DNA from: an uncultured delta proteobacterium
GTDB lineage: Bacteria > Desulfobacterota > Desulfuromonadia > Geobacterales > Pseudopelobacteraceae
Direction of reading: 5' to 3'
Assembly: GCA_963772835.1 (NCBI GenBank)
Contig: CAVYYZ010000002.1
Location: 192,001 to 256,000, forward strand
DNA length: 64,000 nt
Shown here: in pieces, positions 1-10,123 of the stretch
Position numbering within the stretch: position 1 is the stretch's first letter
Layout of the letters: every line of letters starts with the position of its first letter
Translations under genes and position numbers: made by a program
Notes under the pieces: generated by a model
What the model saw: only the letters and a program-made list of their open reading frames with translations
What the model was told of the DNA's origin: nothing
Databases searched by the model: none

Positions 1-502
1 GACAGTGCTGGATAATATTCTGATTGGAGCCCATAGTCGCGGACATTGGAATCTGGCCGGCGCCCTGATGAAATTCACTCCATGGGTGAGAAGAGAAGAA
101 GGAGAGTTGCTGGATCTGGCACGGGAATGCCTGCAAATGGTAGACCTATCCTATAGAGCCTTTGAACTTTCCGGCAACCTCCCCTACGGTGAGCAGAGGC
201 GACTTGAAATTGCCCGGGCACTTGCACTCAAGCCTGATTTACTGCTGCTCGATGAACCAGCGGCCGGTATGAACCCACAGGAAAAAGGCGAGCTTATGCT
301 GATGGTTCAGCGCATACGTGCTACCGGAATAACTGTTTTTCTGGTCGAGCACGACATGAAATTTGTCATGGGGATATCTGATCGAATTGCCGTACTTGAT
401 TACGGTGAAAAAATTGCTGAAGGTCTGCCGGAAGAGATCAGAAAAAACCCGAAGGTTATCGAAGCATATCTCGGAAAGGGGGCTGGCGATGCTCACGCTT
501 GA
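1..502 (+). CDS. livG: Branched-chain amino acid ABC transporter ATP-binding subunit (5'-truncated by window edge)
   Basis: LPYGEQRRLEIARAL signature, LLLDEPAAG Walker B, VEHDM H-loop, C-terminal VIEAYLG. Confidence 0.9.
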   Translation, partial: TVLDNILIGAHSRGHWNLAGALMKFTPWVRREEGELLDLARECLQMVDLSYRAFELSGNLPYGEQRRLEIARALALKPDLLLLDEPAAGMNPQEKGELMLMVQRIRATGITVFLVEHDMKFVMGISDRIAVLDYGEKIAEGLPEEIRKNPKVIEAYLGKGAGDAHA

Positions 503-1193
503 TCAGCTATACGTCAATTATGGCGCCATCAAAGCACTCAAAAGCATTTCCTGTCGAGTTGAAAAGGGAGAAATTGTCGCTCTCATCGGCGCAAACGGTG
601 CAGGCAAAACCACCATCCTGAACGCCATTTCCGCCATTATTCCAATTTTTTCGGGGTCGGTATCATTTCTTGGTGAAACGATCAGCGGCATTCCGCCTCA
701 TGAAATAGTCAAACGCGGAATTTCACAGGTTCCTGAAGGACGGCGCGTCTTCGCCAACATGTCCGTTTTCGAAAACCTTGAAATGGGTGCCTACATTCGC
801 ACCGATAAAAAAGCTATCCTGGAAGAGATCGACCAGGTTTTTGTCCGGTTCCCACGACTGTTCGAACGGAAAAAACAGTTGGCAAAAACACTTTCGGGCG
901 GGGAGCAGCAGATGCTCGCCATGGGACGCGCCCTGATGTCACGTCCCAAGCTGCTGCTGCTGGACGAACCGTCAATGGGACTGGCACCAATGCTTGTGGA
1001 ACAGATTTTTTCAATCATTCAGGAGATCAACGCAAGCGGCACGACAATCATGCTCGTCGAACAGAACGCCAACATGGCACTTTCAATCGCCCATCGCGCC
1101 TACGTACTTGAAACCGGTGAAGTTGTACTGCAGGGACCGGCGGCCGACCTGGCAGCCGACCCTGAAGTACGCAAAGCCTACCTGGGCGAATAG
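489..1193 (+). CDS. livF: Branched-chain amino acid ABC transporter ATP-binding subunit
   Basis: GANGAGKT, VPEGRRVF, LSGGEQQM, VRKAYLG; start moved to ATG 489, overlapping the livG end. Confidence 0.92.
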   Translation: MLTLDQLYVNYGAIKALKSISCRVEKGEIVALIGANGAGKTTILNAISAIIPIFSGSVSFLGETISGIPPHEIVKRGISQVPEGRRVFANMSVFENLEMGAYIRTDKKAILEEIDQVFVRFPRLFERKKQLAKTLSGGEQQMLAMGRALMSRPKLLLLDEPSMGLAPMLVEQIFSIIQEINASGTTIMLVEQNANMALSIAHRAYVLETGEVVLQGPAADLAADPEVRKAYLGE

Positions 1194-1208
1194 CAAGGAT
1201 TCTCATAC

Positions 1209-2126
1209 GTGCATAACAAGCCCATCGTAAACCCCTACCTGGCGGTGCTGGTAGGGGTTTTTGCCGTTTCATTCTCCGCCCTTTTTGTCAGGCTTACAAC
1301 CGCCCCGGCCTTGATAATCGCCACCTATCGCCTGCTGATTACGTTTGTTGTGCTTGCACCATACGCTCTGCTCCGGCATCGCCCGGGGCTCATCCTGCTT
1401 TCCTGGAAACAGCGCGGACTGGCTGCAGCCAGCGGCCTCTGCCTCGCACTTCACCTTGTCACGTGGTTTGCCTCGCTCCGTTATACCAGCATTGCCAGTT
1501 CTGTTGTTCTGGTAACCACACAGCCGATTTTCGTGGTTATCGGCTCGTGGTTTTTTTTCAGAGAGAAAGTCAGCCGTAAGGCCATGATGGGAGGAGGACT
1601 CGCACTGCTTGGCAGTCTTGTTATCGGGGCGGCCGACTTTCAAATCGGACCGGAAGCCTTTATTGGTGACCTGCTTGCTCTGACAGCTGCAATACTCGTT
1701 TCGGGCTATCTTCTGATCGGCCGGCGCTTGAGAGGTGACGTTGCATTACCGGTCTACACATTCTACACCTACGGAAGCAGCGCTCTCGTATTGATAATTG
1801 CGAGCCTGGTTACCGGAACTCCGTTTGCACCCTATCAAACACGTGACTGGATTCTCTTTTTTGCCCTTGCAATTGTCTGTACTGTTATTGGGCATACTGT
1901 CTTTAACTGGGTGCTGCGTTATGTCCAGGCCTCCGTAGTGTCAGTCAGCGTCTTGGGCGAACCGCTGGGAGCCATCCTGTGGGCTTCCGTGTTTTTACGG
2001 GAATATCCGACGATTCGCCAGTCAATCGGAGCCGGTTGTATCTTTGGAGGTCTCTTCATCTTTACGCGTTTTTCAGCGAGTCATGGGACGACTGTTCTCC
2101 ATACTGCCGTTTGCTCAAAAGGGTGA
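1209..2126 (+). CDS. DMT/EamA family transporter
   Basis: About 10 hydrophobic segments in two EamA-like repeats (SLRYTSIASSVVLVTTQP; LGEPLGA). Confidence 0.85.
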   Translation: MHNKPIVNPYLAVLVGVFAVSFSALFVRLTTAPALIIATYRLLITFVVLAPYALLRHRPGLILLSWKQRGLAAASGLCLALHLVTWFASLRYTSIASSVVLVTTQPIFVVIGSWFFFREKVSRKAMMGGGLALLGSLVIGAADFQIGPEAFIGDLLALTAAILVSGYLLIGRRLRGDVALPVYTFYTYGSSALVLIIASLVTGTPFAPYQTRDWILFFALAIVCTVIGHTVFNWVLRYVQASVVSVSVLGEPLGAILWASVFLREYPTIRQSIGAGCIFGGLFIFTRFSASHGTTVLHTAVCSKG

Positions 2127-3085
2127 CTCGCGTGCAAAAAAAGACAGAACTGCAGCACGGCGCAGCGACAGGACTCGGGTACGGCATTCTGGCATATCTG
2201 ATCTGGGGTTTTTTTCCCGTCTACTTCAAGGCACTAGCCGGTGTACCCCCTCTACAGGTGGTCTGTCACCGGATCGTCTGGTCGGTACTTTTTCTCTGGC
2301 TGATCATAGTCTGGCGCGGCAAATGGGGCACAATCCGGGATGCATTACACGACCGACGAGCGGTAACGCTTCTGACCGTATCGGCTCTTCTGATCGCCAC
2401 CAACTGGTTGGTATTCATCATTGCCGTGGGACATGCCCAGGTCATCCAGGCCAGTCTAGGCTATTTTATTACCCCCTTTGTCAGCGTACTTCTCGGGTTT
2501 CTTTTCTATCAGGAACGGCTGCGTCGACTGCAGCTGATCAGCCTTCTGCTTGCAGCGGTCGGGGTCCTGCTGCTGACGGTCCAATACGGCCGTTTTCCCT
2601 GGGTAGCAATGGTGCTGGCTCTTACCTTTGGCTCCTACGGCCTGTTCCGCAAGATTGTAACGGTTGATTCGCTGACCGGCCTGACCATAGAAACACTGCT
2701 GCTGGGCCCCGCTGCACTCGGCTATCTGATTTTTGTTACCTGGCAGGGGACAGGCTCTTTTCAAGCCCAGGGAGCGCTGACCACGACACTTCTGGTACTG
2801 GCAGGTGTTGCAACTGCTGTACCGCTGCTTCTCTTTGCCTCGGCAGCCCGACTCCTCCGTCTTGCAACGATCGGTTTTCTGCAGTACATCACTCCGACTC
2901 TGCACTTTCTGCTGGCCGTGTTGCTGTACAAGGAGCCGTTTTCCAGGGCCCACCTGTTCAGCTTCCTGTTTATCTGGAGCGGGCTCTGCTTCTATTCATT
3001 TGATGCCTGGCGGGGATTGAGGGAGACTAATCAGAACAGCGCTCATACGAAGTTTTGTAGTCAAAAAACGTCAGAAACACATTGA
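2123..3085 (+). CDS. rarD: RarD-type EamA family transporter
   Basis: AYLIWGFFPVYFK, HRIVWS, ASLGYFITP, GFLQYITP motifs; GTG 2123 overlaps the upstream TGA. Confidence 0.88.
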   Translation: MTRVQKKTELQHGAATGLGYGILAYLIWGFFPVYFKALAGVPPLQVVCHRIVWSVLFLWLIIVWRGKWGTIRDALHDRRAVTLLTVSALLIATNWLVFIIAVGHAQVIQASLGYFITPFVSVLLGFLFYQERLRRLQLISLLLAAVGVLLLTVQYGRFPWVAMVLALTFGSYGLFRKIVTVDSLTGLTIETLLLGPAALGYLIFVTWQGTGSFQAQGALTTTLLVLAGVATAVPLLLFASAARLLRLATIGFLQYITPTLHFLLAVLLYKEPFSRAHLFSFLFIWSGLCFYSFDAWRGLRETNQNSAHTKFCSQKTSETH

Positions 3086-3187
3086 CGGTGGCTCGCCCGG
3101 AGTGATAGTGTTGCCAGCCATACAAACGCACCGAATCTGTATTCCCGGTTCCGATCGGAACATCCCACAGTATAGTTTAGGAGACGT

Positions 3188-4186
3188 ATGATGAAAAAGA
3201 TTTCGAGCCTCGCTGTATCCTTTCTGTTGGTTTCCATTGTGTTGATCTCGACCGCCTTTGCGGCAGAGGCCCCTAAAAGAGTATTGATCGGCGTATCCAA
3301 AATCGTTTCCCACCCCGCCCTTGATGCCGTTGTTAAGGGTCTGCAGGACGAGCTCGCTGCCGCAAAAATCAATGCAGAGTACGACCTGCAGAATGCAAAC
3401 GGCGATATCAATGCCGCTGCCTCAATCGCCAACAAGTTCCAGTCGGAAAATGTGACCGTGGCCGTCGGAGTCGCCACCCCCACATCCCAGTCACTGGTGA
3501 ACACCCTCAAAGGCATTCCGATTGTTTTTTCCGCGGTAACTGATCCGGTCAAGGCCGGTTTGGTTGCGTCGCTCAGCAAAGGCGACAGGAATGTTACCGG
3601 TGTATCCGACATGACCCCGGTGAAACAGCAGATTGAACTGCTGATGAGGGTCAAGAAGATCAAACGCCTCGGCCATATCTACACCAGCTCCGAAGAAAAT
3701 GCGGTTGTACTGGCCGGCATTGTCAAACAGGTCTGCAAGGATATGAATATAGAATTCGTGGAGACGACCGTTTCCAAATCCTCCGAGGTGAAGCAGGCTG
3801 TTCAGGCCATTATCCGGCGTGTGGATGCATTGTACATAAGCACTGACAACACCGTCGTCTCTGCCATGAGTGCTGTTGCGGACGTGGCAGCGAAAGCCGG
3901 AGTGCCGATCATGTCTGCCGACCCGAGTTCTGCAGAAAACTACCCTGTTCTGGCAGCCTGGGGCTTCGATTACTACAAGATGGGAAGGACTACCGGCAAA
4001 CTGGTTGTCGAAATTCTCAAAGGGAAGAAGCCTGAGCAGATCCCCACCCAGTTCATGACCAAGACCAGTGACGTTGACCTGCTGATCAATCTTGATGTAG
4101 CGAAAAAACTCGGCCTGACTTTTCCCAAAGACATCGTCAAAAGCGCCAACAAGATCGTTCAGAACGGCAAATTGACCAAGAAGTAA
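3188..4186 (+). CDS. ABC transporter substrate-binding protein (Trp/Tyr-type, TrpX-like)
   Basis: Signal peptide; HPALDA, NANGD, AVTDPV, NVTGVSD and TDNTV motifs; AGGAG RBS. Confidence 0.85.
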   Translation: MMKKISSLAVSFLLVSIVLISTAFAAEAPKRVLIGVSKIVSHPALDAVVKGLQDELAAAKINAEYDLQNANGDINAAASIANKFQSENVTVAVGVATPTSQSLVNTLKGIPIVFSAVTDPVKAGLVASLSKGDRNVTGVSDMTPVKQQIELLMRVKKIKRLGHIYTSSEENAVVLAGIVKQVCKDMNIEFVETTVSKSSEVKQAVQAIIRRVDALYISTDNTVVSAMSAVADVAAKAGVPIMSADPSSAENYPVLAAWGFDYYKMGRTTGKLVVEILKGKKPEQIPTQFMTKTSDVDLLINLDVAKKLGLTFPKDIVKSANKIVQNGKLTKK

Positions 4187-4200
4187 CTATTTCTCTGCAT

Positions 4201-4240
4201 GCGCCAGGCGATCAGTACGATTGTCTGGCGCTATTTTTTT
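4201..4240 (+). terminator. Intrinsic terminator-like hairpin between binding-protein and permease genes
   Basis: GCGCCAGGCGATC-AGTAC-GATTGTCTGGCGC followed by TATTTTTTT. Confidence 0.7.
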
Positions 4241-4326
4241 CCGGACTGATTATCTGGGTCAGTATGTTTACAAAGTTAAACAGTGGAAAATAACTTCTAA
4301 ATTTCTAAAGGATATGCGGCATACTT

Positions 4327-5235
4327 ATGATTGAAGGGATTCTGGTAGAAGGGCTGATATACGGGATAATGGTTCTGGGGGTATTTATTACCTTCCGGAT
4401 CCTCGATTTTCCGGACCTGACAGTAGACGGTTCGTTCCCTCTGGGAGCGGCCTTGATGGTACAATGCATACTTCTCGGCACGAACATCTGGCTGGCGCTG
4501 CTGGTGGCATTTATTGGCGGAGTCCTGGCCGGAGTGGCTACGGCTCTGATTCACAACCACCTCAAGGTACCGAATCTGCTGGCCGGCATTCTGACCATGA
4601 CCATGCTCTATTCGATCAACATCCGCATCATGGGCAACCGTGCCAACATACCGGTTCTCAAGCAGGAAACCATTCTTTCCAAGGTTTCAGAAATGTTTAG
4701 CGGAACCCTGCCGGATGAATATGTACTGTTGATCTTCTTTCTGATCGTAGTGGGTATTATCAAGGTTATGGTCGATATGTTTTTCCGCACAGATCTGGGT
4801 ATGACCATGGGTGCCATGGGCAACAACGAGCAGATGGTAATCTCCCAGGGCGTGAACCCGAAGACCCTCAAAACAATCGGCGTCGGCCTTTCAAATGGGC
4901 TGGTAGCCATTTCAGGAGCATTCGCGGCACAATATCTCGGTTTCGCTGATGTCGGCCTCGGTCAGGGAATCATCATCTCCGGCCTGGCTTCAGTCATGAT
5001 CGGCGAGTTTTTGGTCATGAAAAGCAACCGTATCGCCGTATTGTCGCTCTGCGCAGTTGCCGGATCAATCATTTTTCACGGAGTCATGTACCTCGGGCGG
5101 TATTACGGCTATCTCATCCATATGACTCCCAGTGATCTTAACCTGATTAAGGGGATACTGATCATCATACTGCTGGTCGTAACGCAGAGCAAGAAATTGA
5201 AAAGGGCCGCCATCAAGGCAATGGTGGACAAATGA
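4327..5235 (+). CDS. ABC transporter permease
   Basis: FRILDFPDLTVDGSFPLG and LLAGILTMTMLYSIN motifs; hydrophobic. Confidence 0.88.
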   Translation: MIEGILVEGLIYGIMVLGVFITFRILDFPDLTVDGSFPLGAALMVQCILLGTNIWLALLVAFIGGVLAGVATALIHNHLKVPNLLAGILTMTMLYSINIRIMGNRANIPVLKQETILSKVSEMFSGTLPDEYVLLIFFLIVVGIIKVMVDMFFRTDLGMTMGAMGNNEQMVISQGVNPKTLKTIGVGLSNGLVAISGAFAAQYLGFADVGLGQGIIISGLASVMIGEFLVMKSNRIAVLSLCAVAGSIIFHGVMYLGRYYGYLIHMTPSDLNLIKGILIIILLVVTQSKKLKRAAIKAMVDK

Positions 5236-6029
5236 TCACTCTTAATAATGTTTCCATGGTCTTTAATCCGGGCACCGTCAATGAGAACCAGGCGATCGAC
5301 TCCATCAACCTGAAAATCAAAGAGGGTGACTTCATCACTGTTATCGGCAGTAACGGCGCCGGAAAGTCCACGCTTTTTAACCTGATTGCCGGCACTATTA
5401 TCCCGACAACTGGTTCCCTTTCGCTGAACAACAGCGATATCACGCACGAACCGGAATTCAAGCGCGCCCGGTATATCGGCCGGATTTTCCAGAATCCTCT
5501 TCTCGGTACAGCCTCAAACATGAGCCTGGAAGACAACATGATGATCACCTACAAAAAGGGATTCAAGTGGCTGAAACGCAGTCTGAATAACCGTATGAGA
5601 GAATACTTCAGGAGTGAACTGACCCAATTGCGGATGGGCCTGGAGGATCGTATGAAAGAAAACCTGGCCATGTTTTCCGGAGGCCAGCGGCAAGCCTTGA
5701 CCTTGCTCATGATGGTCCTGTCAAAACCGGATTTGATTTTACTGGATGAGCACACCGCAGCACTCGACCCCAAAAACGCACAGATCGTACTGGAACTGAC
5801 CCACAAATTTATCAGGGAGTACCGGCTTACCTCCATGATGATTACCCACAACATGAGTCACGCTATTGAGTTCGGTAACCGCCTGCTGATGATGGACAAA
5901 GGTGAGATTATCTTCGATGTTGAAGGCGAGGAGAAGCAGGCGCTGACCGTAGAAAAATTGATCGAGAAGTTTCACCAGATCCGTCACAAATCCTTTGAAA
6001 ATGACAGGACTCTTTTGTCGGCAGAATAA
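5232..6029 (+). CDS. ABC transporter ATP-binding protein
   Basis: GSNGAGKS, FSGGQRQA, LLDEHTAALDP; ATGA overlap with the permease. Confidence 0.9.
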   Translation: MITLNNVSMVFNPGTVNENQAIDSINLKIKEGDFITVIGSNGAGKSTLFNLIAGTIIPTTGSLSLNNSDITHEPEFKRARYIGRIFQNPLLGTASNMSLEDNMMITYKKGFKWLKRSLNNRMREYFRSELTQLRMGLEDRMKENLAMFSGGQRQALTLLMMVLSKPDLILLDEHTAALDPKNAQIVLELTHKFIREYRLTSMMITHNMSHAIEFGNRLLMMDKGEIIFDVEGEEKQALTVEKLIEKFHQIRHKSFENDRTLLSAE

Positions 6030-6060
6030 CGTACAACTTCAGGTGATACCTACGAACGAT

Positions 6061-6096
6061 AAAAACGCCATGCTGCTCACGCTGCACGGCGTTTTT
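6061..6096. terminator. Bidirectional terminator-like hairpin between convergent genes
   Basis: AAAAACGCC...GGCGTTTTT inverted repeat. Confidence 0.6.
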
Positions 6097-6153
6097 GGTA
6101 TATACCCGGCTGCTTCCTGACTACGGGGCACATTGGAATATCATGTATTACCG

Positions 6154-6879
6154 TTACGAGCCCTCTGGGGTCTGTTTCCCTTCCATATAGGCGTTAAAGC
6201 GACGCACATGCCCCTGTGCAACCTCCCGTGCCCGCTCCGGGTCGGCTGCAGAAACCGCGTCCACGATTTCGCGCAGGTCACTGTAATTCTCCAACAATAA
6301 TGCTCTGTTCCAAGGCAGATAGTTCTCATAATAGGTATGGATATTGTGATAGACACTCTCAAGTACCGTGATAAAAAGCGGGTTGCCGCTCATACGGGCC
6401 AGCGCCATATGAATCTGCTCATCAGTACGGACAAAGGCATCCCACCCTTTGCGCCCTTCCTTGAGATGCGCCTGCGCTTCGCCTAACCGTCTCTGCAGAT
6501 CTGCAATACCCTGTTCATCAGCCCTCTGTGCGGCCAGGGCAGCCACCCCACCCTCCATTCCTTCGCGAAATTCTGCCAGATCGCGCAACGATACGGCACG
6601 GTTGCGTATCAGCAGCCCCAGATTATCACTGAGATTATCGCTGTTAACCTCTCGAACCATCGATCCGCCGGTCACACCCGTCCGGATCTCGATCAGCCCC
6701 TTCTGTTCAAGCACCCGCAACGCCTCACGCAACGTACCCCGGCTGATCGAGAACTGTTCCTTCAATTCTCGTTCTGCAGGGAGCAGAGAGCCTGCCTTGA
6801 GAGTACCGGCCATAATGGCTTCCTGGATCTGGTCGACAACGTCCTGATAAGCCTTGCTTTGTTTTACCTGTTTAAACAT
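6154..6879 (-). CDS. FadR/GntR family transcriptional regulator
   Basis: wHTH LPAERELKEQFSISRGTLREAL plus FCD-like C-terminal domain; divergent from putA. Confidence 0.9.
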   Translation of the reverse strand: MFKQVKQSKAYQDVVDQIQEAIMAGTLKAGSLLPAERELKEQFSISRGTLREALRVLEQKGLIEIRTGVTGGSMVREVNSDNLSDNLGLLIRNRAVSLRDLAEFREGMEGGVAALAAQRADEQGIADLQRRLGEAQAHLKEGRKGWDAFVRTDEQIHMALARMSGNPLFITVLESVYHNIHTYYENYLPWNRALLLENYSDLREIVDAVSAADPERAREVAQGHVRRFNAYMEGKQTPEGS

Positions 6880-6980
6880 ATGCAGCCCCTTTACAATTGT
6901 TGCGGTATAATACCACTACACTGTTTAGTCATACAAATATTTTGTAGGAATATCTTGACTTGTACCATAGATTTTGAGTT

Positions 6981-6995
6981 AATGGTTTAACCATT
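6981..6995. promoter_or_regulatory. Putative FadR-subfamily operator upstream of putA
   Basis: Perfect palindrome AATGGTT-T-AACCATT, resembling TGGT-N3-ACCA operators. Confidence 0.6.
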
Positions 6996-7019
6996 CGCAT
7001 TACAGACAAAGGAGTTGTT

Positions 7020-10000
7020 ATGGAACCAGCGCTTAACACAAAGATTCTCAACCGAGGCAGGGAGTTTTTTTCCACAATTTCCGGGGAAAAACCTTCACTC
7101 TTCAACAAAGGCGCCTGGATGGGTAAAGTGATGGACTGGAGCATGCGGAACGAGCAGTTCAAGATTCAGATGTTCCGCTTCGTAGATGCATTCCCTTCTC
7201 TGACAACATCAAAACTGCTGACTGACCATATACGTGAATATTTTGGAGAAGAAAAGGATATGCCGCCCGTACTCCAGACCGGCGCAAAGATGGCCGGAAT
7301 GCTCGGTTCGCTGGGTGGGGCGGTATTAAACAAGGTGATTTCAGCTAACATCCAGGAGATGGCCCGTCAGTTTATCGTCGGCGAAAACACCAAAGAAGCG
7401 GTCAAAAACATAGAGAAGCTGCGGAAAGACGGGTTTGCCGCTGTCGTGGATGTTTTGGGTGAAGCAACTTTGACTGAACAGGAAGCTGAAGAGTATGTGA
7501 CTACATATCTGGAAGTGCTGGAGAGCCTAAAAAAAGAACAGCAGGGGTGGAAAGGTCTACCGGGCCGTGGAGGTGATCTAAACCTGGATTGGGGGCATGC
7601 CCCGAAAATCAATGTGGCAGTAAAGCCGACCGCACTCTTCGCTCTGGCAAATCCGCAGGATTTTGAGGGATCGGTAGAAGCCATGCTGTTGCAGATACGG
7701 CGCATTGCAGAGCGGGTAGTTGATCTCGGTGGTTTCCTCTGTATCGATATGGAGTCGTATCGTCACAAAGGTATCATCATCGAACTGTATAAACGCCTTA
7801 AACTTGAGTACCTGGACTACCCGCACATCGGCATCGTACTGCAGGCCTACCTCAAAGACACCGATCAGGATCTGGCCGACCTGCTTTCTTGGGCGGAACA
7901 ACACAACACCCGGATTTCAGTGCGCCTGGTAAAAGGCGCCTACTGGGACTACGAAACGGTTAAGGCCAAACAGAATGGATGGGAGATCCCGGTCTGGACA
8001 ATCAAAGCAGAAAGTGATGCCGCTTTTGAGCGCCAGGCCCGCATGATTCTGGAAAAACAGCAGATCTGCCACTTCGCCTGCGCTTCTCACAACATCCGCA
8101 CCATCTCAGCCGTACTGGAGACCGCGGCAGAACTGAATGTCCCCGAATCTCGTTACGAGTTCCAGGTGCTGTACGGGATGGCCGAACCTGTCAGAAAAGG
8201 CATCCTCAAAGTGGTCGGACGGATACGGCTCTACGCCCCTTACGGTAACATGGTGCCGGGCATGGGGTATCTTGTGCGGCGGTTGCTGGAGAACACCGCC
8301 AATGAATCGTTCCTGCGCCAGAGCTTTGCCGAGGACGCCCAGATTGAGCGACTGTTGGAGGACCCTGCCATAACTGCCGGACGCCTGCGGGCCGAACGCT
8401 CAGCAAAACCTCGCAAGGCAGTGACCGGTCCGGGCGGACTGACGCGCTTTGCCAACGAACCGATGGTTGACTTCACACGGGCCGACCACCGTGCGGCCTT
8501 CCCGCACGCCATAGCTCAGGTGCGCATGCAGTTCGGAAAGAGCTATCCGCTCTACATTAACGGCAAAGAGCTGAAAACGGCAGAATTGATCGATACGGTC
8601 AACCCGGCCAATCCGGCCGAAATACTGGGCAGGATTTCCCAGGCGGGAGTGGATGAAGCAAAAATGGCGGTGGCTGCTGCCAAAAATGCGTTCCCGGCCT
8701 GGCGCGACACTGCTCCACGAGTACGTGCCGAGTTCCTGCTGAAGGGCGCAGCAGCAGCCCGAAGACGCATTTTTGAGCTCTCCGCCTGGCAGGTTCTTGA
8801 AATTGGAAAACAGTGGGATCAGGCGTTTGCAGATGTTACTGAAGCGATTGATTTTCTGGAATACTATGCACGTGAAATGATCCGCTACGGAGAACCGCAG
8901 CGAATCGGCAACGCTCCGGGGGAAATAAATCAGTATTTCTACGAACCAAAGGGAATTGCCGCAATCATATCGCCCTGGAACTTCCCGCTTGCCATAAGCC
9001 TGGGAATGGCCGCAGCTGCGATCGTAACCGGCAACACGGTCATCTTCAAACCTTCCAACGTAACCGGCATTATCGGTTGGAACCTTGTGGAGATTTTCCG
9101 GGAGGCAGGCCTGCCGGACGGTGTTTTCAACTACATCCCGGGTAAAGGCTCGGTAATCGGCGACTATATGGTCGATCACCCCGATGTATCACTGATCGCG
9201 TTCACCGGGTCGGTTGAAACCGGCCTGCGCATCATAGATCGCGCCGCAAAGGTTCATCCAGGCCAGATAAACGTCAAAAAAATCATCTCCGAAATGGGTG
9301 GTAAAAATGCCATTATCATCGATGACGACGCTGATCTGGACGAGGCTGTGCCGCACGTGCTGTATTCGGCCTTTGCCTTCCAGGGGCAGAAATGTTCAGC
9401 CTGCTCGCGGGTGATTGTACTGGATGCCGTCTATGACAGGTTTGTTGAGCGTCTCGTCAAGGCCGCCCGGGTCTATCAAGTGGGGCCGTCAGAAGATCCG
9501 AAATACAGCATGGGAGCCGTATCAGATGCTTCAGCTCAGAAGAGTATTCTGGATTATATTGAAATCGGCACCCGCGAGGGAGAGCTGCTCTACTCCAGTC
9601 CGGTGCCGTCAAATAATGGCTACTGGGTTCCGTTGACAATCATCGGCGGCATCACTCCCGTACATCGCATCTCTCAGGAAGAGATCTTCGGACCGGTTCT
9701 CGCTGTCATGAGAGCACGGGATTTCGACCAGGCGCTCGAGTGGGCCAACTCGACACGGTTCGCCCTGACCGGCGGAATATTCAGCCGCAGCCCGGAGCAT
9801 CTCGTCCGTGCGCGACGGGAATTCCGGGTCGGAAATCTTTATATCAACCGTAATAACACGGGAGCACTGGTTGATCGACAACCCTTCGGCGGTTCACGTA
9901 TGTCCGGTGTCGGCACCAAAGCAGGCGGCCCCGACTATCTGCTGCATTTCATGGATCCCAGGGTTGTTACGGAGAACACTATGCGGAGGGGTTTTGCACC

Positions 10001-10031
10001 CATAGAAGAGGATGATGATTGGGTGGAATAA
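7020..10031 (+). CDS. putA: Bifunctional proline dehydrogenase / P5C dehydrogenase
   Basis: RLVKGAYWD, ASHNIRT, YLVRRLLEN (PRODH); ISPWNFP, FTGS, EMGGKN, GQKCSACSR, EEIFGP (P5CDH); no N-terminal RHH domain. Confidence 0.97.
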   Translation: MEPALNTKILNRGREFFSTISGEKPSLFNKGAWMGKVMDWSMRNEQFKIQMFRFVDAFPSLTTSKLLTDHIREYFGEEKDMPPVLQTGAKMAGMLGSLGGAVLNKVISANIQEMARQFIVGENTKEAVKNIEKLRKDGFAAVVDVLGEATLTEQEAEEYVTTYLEVLESLKKEQQGWKGLPGRGGDLNLDWGHAPKINVAVKPTALFALANPQDFEGSVEAMLLQIRRIAERVVDLGGFLCIDMESYRHKGIIIELYKRLKLEYLDYPHIGIVLQAYLKDTDQDLADLLSWAEQHNTRISVRLVKGAYWDYETVKAKQNGWEIPVWTIKAESDAAFERQARMILEKQQICHFACASHNIRTISAVLETAAELNVPESRYEFQVLYGMAEPVRKGILKVVGRIRLYAPYGNMVPGMGYLVRRLLENTANESFLRQSFAEDAQIERLLEDPAITAGRLRAERSAKPRKAVTGPGGLTRFANEPMVDFTRADHRAAFPHAIAQVRMQFGKSYPLYINGKELKTAELIDTVNPANPAEILGRISQAGVDEAKMAVAAAKNAFPAWRDTAPRVRAEFLLKGAAAARRRIFELSAWQVLEIGKQWDQAFADVTEAIDFLEYYAREMIRYGEPQRIGNAPGEINQYFYEPKGIAAIISPWNFPLAISLGMAAAAIVTGNTVIFKPSNVTGIIGWNLVEIFREAGLPDGVFNYIPGKGSVIGDYMVDHPDVSLIAFTGSVETGLRIIDRAAKVHPGQINVKKIISEMGGKNAIIIDDDADLDEAVPHVLYSAFAFQGQKCSACSRVIVLDAVYDRFVERLVKAARVYQVGPSEDPKYSMGAVSDASAQKSILDYIEIGTREGELLYSSPVPSNNGYWVPLTIIGGITPVHRISQEEIFGPVLAVMRARDFDQALEWANSTRFALTGGIFSRSPEHLVRARREFRVGNLYINRNNTGALVDRQPFGGSRMSGVGTKAGGPDYLLHFMDPRVVTENTMRRGFAPIEEDDDWVE

Positions 10032-10123
10032 GAATAAGAGTAAACGTATATATACCTGCCAGAGAGACGCAGGACAACGGGGCATGTACTAAAAAATGGT
10101 GTTACATCTGATTATTCAATGTT

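Noticed and set aside
3086..3187. Possible T-box or riboswitch upstream of the Trp/Tyr-type ABC binding protein
   Set aside because: The leader is only about 100 nt, with no T-box consensus or terminator/antiterminator; only a small GTTCCGATCGGAAC palindrome is present.
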